This document shows positions 58,076 to 64,000 of a stretch of DNA of 64,000 bases, piece after piece. The notes beneath the pieces are model-generated. The model did not search any database. It was given only the letters and a program-made list of their open reading frames with translations, and was not told where the DNA came from. The position numbers and the translations under genes were made by a program. The DNA is from Deltaproteobacteria bacterium (GTDB lineage: Bacteria; Myxococcota; Kuafuiibacteriia; Kuafuiibacteriales; Kuafuiibacteriaceae): positions 32,001-96,000 of the forward strand of contig JAVJQW010000011.1 in assembly GCA_040218735.1 (NCBI GenBank), written 5' to 3'. Every line of letters starts with the position of its first letter. Within the stretch, counting starts at the first letter, position 1.

Positions 58076-58462
58076 CTATTCGATGCGCGAGAGCGCGAGG
58101 GTCTGGAAAGGGGTTTCCAGGTCTGCGTACGTGAAGCGCCGACAGGCGAACTGAATGGGGGTCCCGGCGTCGTCCTCGGTGTGCACGATGGCGTCGATCG
58201 CCTCGAGGTCGAGCGCGTCGAACCCGATCTCGCGGGGCGTGTCGTCGTCGCGGGTCCAGCGCTCCGATCGAACGCCTTCCACCGTCTGCACGTTGTCGAG
58301 ATCGACGGCCGGACAGCGTGGATCACCGGTGCCATCGGCGAGGGTGAGGACGAGCGTCGCCGCCAGGCCCGACAGCCCCTCGATGCGCAGCTCCATTGGG
58401 CGGCGCGCGATCGACCCGCACCCGAGGGTGCCGAGCAGGAGCGCCACCGCCAAGACCCGCAT
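58076..58462 (-). CDS. Hypothetical lipoprotein
   Basis: Lipobox TLGC. Confidence 0.65.
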   Translation of the reverse strand: MRVLAVALLLGTLGCGSIARRPMELRIEGLSGLAATLVLTLADGTGDPRCPAVDLDNVQTVEGVRSERWTRDDDTPREIGFDALDLEAIDAIVHTEDDAGTPIQFACRRFTYADLETPFQTLALSRIE

Positions 58463-58510
58463 GCCTGGGAGCGTAGCCTGGCGCGAGGTCCGCTGCTAGC
58501 GTGTCGGCCG

Positions 58511-60001
58511 GTGCTCGGCTCGCTCCTCGCGCTCTCGGTGGCCTCCGTCCCCGGGCAACTCACGATCGTCGGGCCGGCCGACCCGGTGGAGATCGAGGTC
58601 GGACAGACCGTGCTCGTCGAGGTGAAGGCGCGGGTGGCGCGCCCGGACGTCGTGGCGATCCCCCCGGTGCGTGCGGTGATCGTACGACCGACCGGGGTTC
58701 GCAGCGGGCGCAACGCGAAGGTCCTCCCCTGGATCGAGGTCGTGAAGGTCTCGCGCCGCTTCGTGACGGCGCGCGTGCCCGTCACCGGGCTCGCGCAGGG
58801 CCAGACCACGGTGGCGTTCGGGCTCGAGATCCACGAGCGCGGCGCGGTCGACCCCGTCGGTGTGAAACCCGTCTCGCTCGCCGTGAAGGTCGTCGCCCCG
58901 ACCACGTCCGCGGCGGAGATCGAACCATGGGTCGAGGCCTTCACCCGCGCCGACGGCGCCGCGAAGGACGCCCACCGAAAGATCTCGAAGGCGCTACGCC
59001 GAAAGATACCGATCGACCGCGTCTCCCCCTACCCGCGCGAAGGGGTCGAAGACCGCGACCTCGCGCCGCTCGCGCGCTTCTACGGGCAACGCCTTCGCGC
59101 GCTCGCCGCGCAACGTGCCTTGCGCGCCGCGGCCGACGCCGACGACACAGCGCTCGCGCAAAAGGCCACCCTCGCGATCGGCAGCATCACGCCGCCGGTC
59201 GGTGAGGACTACGACACAACCGCGTTGCAGCGCCTGACGAACGCGAAGGCCATCGCCGCGATCACCCGCGCGATCGACGACCTGCGCGTGCAGCGCGCGC
59301 ACGCGTTCGCGGACGCGCTCCTCGCGTCGGGCCGACTGGACCTCTCGGAGCTCGCGGAGGTGCTCGCGCTCCGTGGGTTCGTGATGCTGGTCCGCGGCGA
59401 GGCCAACCGCGCGGAGCGTGAGCTCGGGCGCGCGTACTGCGTGCGCGCGGACCTGGAGCCCGCGGTGAAGCGCCCGTGGTTCGTCGAGGCGGCCCGCGCC
59501 GCGAAGACCGCAAACGCATGCTCGCGCCCCCTCGCGGTCGACCGCGTCGTCGCCACGCACGTGGTGAAGGACGACACCCCGGCGCTGGAGGTCATCGCGA
59601 CGTTCGGGCCCGACCCGCACCACCTCGTCGCGAAGGCGAACATCCAGCTTTGGGGTTACGACGGCGCGCTCGACACCTCGCTCACCGTGCCCGCGCTCCA
59701 CGCGAAGATCCCGCGCGCGGAGGCGCGGCTGACGGGCTCCGTCCCCACCGGCGACGGCTACGCGCTCATCAAGGTCTTCCTCCTCGACGCCAACGGCACC
59801 GAGCTCGTGGCGACCGGCGATCCGGATCCGCTCGCGGTCCCGGTGGTCGCGGGTGAAGGCAGCGGCGGCCCCCTCCCCTGGTGGGTGTGGGCGATCGCCG
59901 GCGGCGTCGTCGTGGCCGGCGCGGCCACCGCTGGCGTCGTCGCGCTGTCACGCGGCGGCGACGTCGAGCGGGTCATCGGCCCGGTGGACGTGAGGTTCTG
60001 A
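58511..60001 (+). CDS. Exported, C-terminally anchored hypothetical protein with TPR-like segment
   Basis: Hydrophobic N-terminus from GTG 58511; PWWVW TM anchor resembling that of the PEGA protein. Confidence 0.65.
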   Translation: MLGSLLALSVASVPGQLTIVGPADPVEIEVGQTVLVEVKARVARPDVVAIPPVRAVIVRPTGVRSGRNAKVLPWIEVVKVSRRFVTARVPVTGLAQGQTTVAFGLEIHERGAVDPVGVKPVSLAVKVVAPTTSAAEIEPWVEAFTRADGAAKDAHRKISKALRRKIPIDRVSPYPREGVEDRDLAPLARFYGQRLRALAAQRALRAAADADDTALAQKATLAIGSITPPVGEDYDTTALQRLTNAKAIAAITRAIDDLRVQRAHAFADALLASGRLDLSELAEVLALRGFVMLVRGEANRAERELGRAYCVRADLEPAVKRPWFVEAARAAKTANACSRPLAVDRVVATHVVKDDTPALEVIATFGPDPHHLVAKANIQLWGYDGALDTSLTVPALHAKIPRAEARLTGSVPTGDGYALIKVFLLDANGTELVATGDPDPLAVPVVAGEGSGGPLPWWVWAIAGGVVVAGAATAGVVALSRGGDVERVIGPVDVRF

Positions 60002-60004
60002 GCG

Positions 60005-60553
60005 TCAGATCCCGACGGCCTTCTTGAACTTGTCGATCGCGCCCTCGGCGAAGCCGGAGCTGAGCCATCGGACCTGCCCGTCCGGCGAGATGATCACCGT
60101 CATGGGCAGCTCGTTCGCGTGGTAGCGACGGGCGAGCACGCCGAAGCGATCCGACAGCACCGGGTACTCGAGCGCGAGCTGATCCACGGTGAGCTTCTTC
60201 ATCGCCGCGATCCCCTCCGGGTCGGTGTCGATGACGACCACCGCGAGTTCCACGTTGGCGCCGTCGAGCGAGCCCTTCAGCTTCTTCAGCTCGGCGAGCT
60301 CCTTCTTGCACGGCACGCAGTACGACGCGGCGAAGCTGAGGACGACGGCGCGTTTCTTCGTCTTGGTGTCGTTACCGACGTAGTCGCGCAGCGCAAAGCG
60401 TTTCTTCTTCGACAGCTCGGGGTTCATCGTCTTGAGCGTGAACGACGGCGCCGTCTCGCCGACCTTCAGCTTCTCGTTCTCGGCGGCATCGCCGCTTTCG
60501 GCGCCGGCGAGGACGAGGCCGACGAGCGCGAGGGTGAGGATCGTTCGCTTCAC
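60005..60553 (-). CDS. TlpA/AhpC-TSA-family exported thioredoxin-like protein
   Basis: Signal peptide; GETAPSFTL, FAASYCVPCKKEL, LPMTVII. Confidence 0.88.
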   Translation of the reverse strand: MKRTILTLALVGLVLAGAESGDAAENEKLKVGETAPSFTLKTMNPELSKKKRFALRDYVGNDTKTKKRAVVLSFAASYCVPCKKELAELKKLKGSLDGANVELAVVVIDTDPEGIAAMKKLTVDQLALEYPVLSDRFGVLARRYHANELPMTVIISPDGQVRWLSSGFAEGAIDKFKKAVGI

Positions 60554-63500
60554 GACGCGGAGTCTACCGACGCCGGTGGCGCCTCGTCGAGGAGCGCTCG
60601 CACCTCGCGCAGCAAGTGTTTCGGTTCGTACGGCTTCGGGAGGAAGCGCTCCTGGGGACGGAGGTCGTCGATCGCGGCCTGCGTGTATCCCGAGACGTAC
60701 AGCACCCGGTCCACCGCCCCCGCTGCACGCAGCGCCTCGAACAGCTCGCGGCCGTTCATCTTGGGCATCACCACGTCCGTGACCAAGAGCGCCACCGACG
60801 ACGTCTTCGCCACCGCGATCGCCGCGGTCGGGGAGTCCACCTCGACGACCTCGTAGCCCCCTTGCTCCAGGATGCGCGCGGTCGCGGCGCGGGCGCCGTC
60901 GTCGTCGTCGCAGTAGAGGAGTCGTTCGCCACGGCCGGGCTCGACGGGTGCGTCGTCCGCGGCCATGTCGACGCTCGGATCCACGCTGTCGGACGCCGGG
61001 AACAACACGTCGAAGCGCGTCCCCACGCCGACCCGGCTCTGCACGACCACCTGCCCCCCCGCCTGCGACACGATGCCGTGTACGACGGACAGACCCAGTC
61101 CACTATTCTCCTGCGATTCCTTCGTCGAGTAGAACGGCTCGAAGACCCGGTCGAGGACCTCCTCCGTCATCCCGATGCCGTCGTCGACCACGCTGAGGCG
61201 AACGTGCGGCCCGACCAGCCCGCGGCCCGCGTACCGCTCCGCCAGATCGCTCTCGTCGAGCTGCTTGATCCCCAGCGCGATCGTCCCGCCCTTCGGCATG
61301 GCCTGACTCGCGTTGATCACGAGGTTCACCAAGACCTGTTCGAGGTGCGCCGGATCCGCGTAGACCGCACCGACCTGCCCTTCGACCTCGAGCGCGATGT
61401 CGATGTCGTCGCGCAGCAGCCGCGAGAGCATCGGGAGCATCGCGCGGACGATCCGATCCAGCGCGACGTAGCGCGGCTGCACCGACTCGCGGCGGCCGAA
61501 CGCGAGGAGCTTCTTCGTGAGCGTCGTCGTGCGCTCCACGCCCGAACCGATCTCCAGGAGGTCGGCACGCGCCGCGCCGCCGTCACCCGACTCGACCGAC
61601 ATCAGCGCGAGGTCCGCGTAACACTTCACGGCGGTCAGCATGTTGTTGATGTCGTGCGCGATGCCGCCGGCGAGCCGACCCATCGCATCGACGCGCTGAC
61701 TCCGAAGGAGCTGCTCGCGGAGGCGGCGCTCCTCGGCGTGCGCGGCGACGAGCGGACTGAGGTCGACCACGCTGACCAACGTTCGAGTCGTGCCGCCGAA
61801 CACGTAGGACGCGACCTGCACGCGCGCCTCGAACGACGTGCCGTCCTTGCGCCGACACGCCTGCACCGACGCCTCGTTGTCGCTCTCGTTCACGTACACG
61901 ATCGACGACAGCGGTTGGTCGAGCAGCTCGTCCGGTGCGTAGCCGAACATGGTGCACGCGGCCGGGTTCGCGTCGAGGACGACACGATCGACCCCGACCA
62001 CGAAGAACCCGTTCTCGGAGGAGCGGAAGACGCTGCGGTAGTGCATCTCGCGATCGCGGAGCGCGGCCTCGGCGACCAGCCGGCTGTCGATCTCCCTCGA
62101 CAACTCTCGGTTCTGACGGTCGATGCGCCGTGTCCGCCACGCCGACCACGCGTAGACGAGCCCGAGGAAGAGGACGACGAGCCCGCCGCGGAACGGGAGG
62201 GTCTCGGTCACGTGCGGCGGCAGGTCGAAGCTGAACGCGGCGGTCGGGCCGACCACCCGATCCTCGTTGATCGCGCGGACCTCGAAGCGATACGTCCCCG
62301 GCGCGAGGCCATCGAAGATCGCCTGCTCCCGCCGCCCCGGGACGCGGAGCCAAGCGTCGGAGAGGCCGAGCAGCCGATACTCGAACGTGCGCAGGCCCGG
62401 CTCGCGAAGCATGGCGGCTCGAAACTGCACCGAGAGCGCGCCACGACCCGGCGGAAGGTCCGTGGCTTCGCCGGCGGTCAGCGGGCGACCGTCGACCGAC
62501 GCCTCCGTGATGACCACGACCGGCGCGACGGGGTTGCCTTCCACCGCGTCGAGGCGAACGACACACACACCCTCCACGGTCGGCACCCACAGCTTCGCGC
62601 CGTCGAAGAACCCGGGCGGTGATGCGTAGCCTTCGGTTTCGAAGAGTCGGATCGGCTGGCCTCGGAGTACCGCCCGTGCTCCGGAGCCGACGGCGTCGTA
62701 CTCCGCGAGCGTCGCGCCGAACACCCCGAGGTTGCCGGTGACCCACACGCCATCGTTCGCGTCGATCGCGATGTACGAGACGAAGTCGTCGAGGAGCCCC
62801 TCCGCGGTCGTGAAGTGTTGTGTGCCCCCGGACGTGAACCGGACGAGCCCGCCGCCGTAGGTGCCGATGAAGACATCGCCGTCGTGGAAACGGATCGCAC
62901 GCACTTCGCCGGGCGGGATACCGTCCGCCTCGGTGCGAACCGTCGGAGCTTCGTCGACGACGACGACACGCCCTTCCCCGCCGACCCACAACGCACCGTC
63001 GGGGGCACGGGCGAGCGTCGCGACGGGGCCCTTCACCGGCGCGTCGATCGGCTCCAGGTGATCTTCGTCGAATCGGTAGAGCTTGCCGAGCCGCGTGCCG
63101 AGGACGACGCGCCCGGCCTCGACCAAGAGCGACGTACACACGTCGCCTTGCTCCGGCAGCTCGAACACCTCGCGCTCCGTGCCGTGTCGCTCCAACGCGG
63201 ACTCCGTGCAGATCCACAGCGCCCCCGAGCTCTCGTCGTGGGCCATCGCCTCGATGCAGTCCTGCACCGGCACGGCGCGCTGCGTTCCGTCGGGCGACAT
63301 CCGCGTGTACGCGTAACACTGGTTGCCGAAGACCATGTCCTCGCCGGCGGCGACGATCCCCGTCACCGAGCGCGCGGCGGTGTGCCGCGGCGGGTAGTGA
63401 TCGACCGGGACGGGCTTGAGGCGCCACAGCCCGTTACCGGACACGCCGACCCACAGGTTGCGCTCACGGTCGGCGTAGAGCGCCCGGATGACCGTCGACC

Positions 63501-63999
63501 ACCGAACGACGTGAGGCGCGGAGACCGGACCTCCCTCGGCTTCGCGGTGCGCCCACTCCAGCGACGGCACGAAGTGGAGGGCCCCGTCGATCGAGAACCA
63601 CGCGTGCCCGTCGAGATCGACGATCGGACCGCGGGCCCATCGGGCGCCGTCGCCGTTCGACGCGACGAGGTGCTGCGCCCGTCCGTCGACGACGCGGTAC
63701 AGGCCGTCCTCCGTCACGAAGTAGATCGCGCCGTCGAGCACGCTCACGCTGAGGATTTGATCGCGGACCTCGACGATCGGTTCGCGCGCTCCGCCGACCA
63801 GCCGCTCGAGTCGTCCGCCGAGCGTGAAGACGACGCCCGCATCATCGACGGGCGCGGCGCGATAGACGTGGTCGACCACGGTCGTCCACACGCCATCGAC
63901 CCACTTCATGAGGCGCTGTTCGTTCACCGCCCACAGCGTCTCGTCCGCCCAGAACAACAGCTCCACCGCGCCGGTCGACATCGCCGCAGCTTCAGGGCG
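60550..63999 (-). CDS. Hybrid histidine kinase (beta-propeller sensor, Y_Y_Y, TM, PAS, HisKA, HATPase, REC); 5'-partial
   Basis: FEYRL..W..LAPGTYRFEV; DANPAAC..FGY; AGGIAHDINN; NLVINA; GLGLS; LLVTDVVMP. Frame is open to the window edge. Confidence 0.93.
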   Translation of the reverse strand, partial: RPEAAAMSTGAVELLFWADETLWAVNEQRLMKWVDGVWTTVVDHVYRAAPVDDAGVVFTLGGRLERLVGGAREPIVEVRDQILSVSVLDGAIYFVTEDGLYRVVDGRAQHLVASNGDGARWARGPIVDLDGHAWFSIDGALHFVPSLEWAHREAEGGPVSAPHVVRWSTVIRALYADRERNLWVGVSGNGLWRLKPVPVDHYPPRHTAARSVTGIVAAGEDMVFGNQCYAYTRMSPDGTQRAVPVQDCIEAMAHDESSGALWICTESALERHGTEREVFELPEQGDVCTSLLVEAGRVVLGTRLGKLYRFDEDHLEPIDAPVKGPVATLARAPDGALWVGGEGRVVVVDEAPTVRTEADGIPPGEVRAIRFHDGDVFIGTYGGGLVRFTSGGTQHFTTAEGLLDDFVSYIAIDANDGVWVTGNLGVFGATLAEYDAVGSGARAVLRGQPIRLFETEGYASPPGFFDGAKLWVPTVEGVCVVRLDAVEGNPVAPVVVITEASVDGRPLTAGEATDLPPGRGALSVQFRAAMLREPGLRTFEYRLLGLSDAWLRVPGRREQAIFDGLAPGTYRFEVRAINEDRVVGPTAAFSFDLPPHVTETLPFRGGLVVLFLGLVYAWSAWRTRRIDRQNRELSREIDSRLVAEAALRDREMHYRSVFRSSENGFFVVGVDRVVLDANPAACTMFGYAPDELLDQPLSSIVYVNESDNEASVQACRRKDGTSFEARVQVASYVFGGTTRTLVSVVDLSPLVAAHAEERRLREQLLRSQRVDAMGRLAGGIAHDINNMLTAVKCYADLALMSVESGDGGAARADLLEIGSGVERTTTLTKKLLAFGRRESVQPRYVALDRIVRAMLPMLSRLLRDDIDIALEVEGQVGAVYADPAHLEQVLVNLVINASQAMPKGGTIALGIKQLDESDLAERYAGRGLVGPHVRLSVVDDGIGMTEEVLDRVFEPFYSTKESQENSGLGLSVVHGIVSQAGGQVVVQSRVGVGTRFDVLFPASDSVDPSVDMAADDAPVEPGRGERLLYCDDDDGARAATARILEQGGYEVVEVDSPTAAIAVAKTSSVALLVTDVVMPKMNGRELFEALRAAGAVDRVLYVSGYTQAAIDDLRPQERFLPKPYEPKHLLREVRALLDEAPPASVDSAS

Positions 64000-64000
64000 T

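Noticed and set aside
1-64000. Many long alternative-frame and antisense ORFs (e.g. 28316-31993, 24421-27288, 32831-35569, 41642-43657, 60616-62622)
   Set aside because: Arg/Pro/Ala-rich shadow frames expected in high-GC DNA; they overlap well-supported genes and carry no motifs.

Overview
High-GC, gene-dense bacterial DNA. The content points to Myxococcota: Ser/Thr kinases, an FHA-sigma54 activator, and PEGA, TPR and Cys-rich lipoproteins. I identify about 40 real CDSs; most other ORFs in the track are GC-driven shadow frames. I saw no rRNA, tRNA, CRISPR array or IS element. Four regions stand out. (1) 37.8-47.6 kb: an NHLM-type bacteriocin export cluster with no RiPP-modifying enzyme but a MauE/thioredoxin-like protein. 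Its only candidate substrate has a double-Gly leader, a 64-aa six-Cys core and a C-terminal peptidase S74-like autocleaving chaperone domain. (2) 4.1-13.3 kb: a tightly coupled 7-gene operon encoding a Ycf46-like AAA ATPase, a large helical protein, DUF1257- and DUF2997-like proteins, a PflX-like radical SAM enzyme, a JAMM protease and a small protein. Several products share a similar N-terminal leader. (3) 24.4-36.0 kb: three tandem kelch-like lipoproteins with a hypervariable propeller segment. (4) 52.7-56.8 kb: a pair of Hsp90-like GHKL ATPases, one membrane-anchored and one carrying an HExxH motif. All family calls come from reading motifs by eye; no database search was run.
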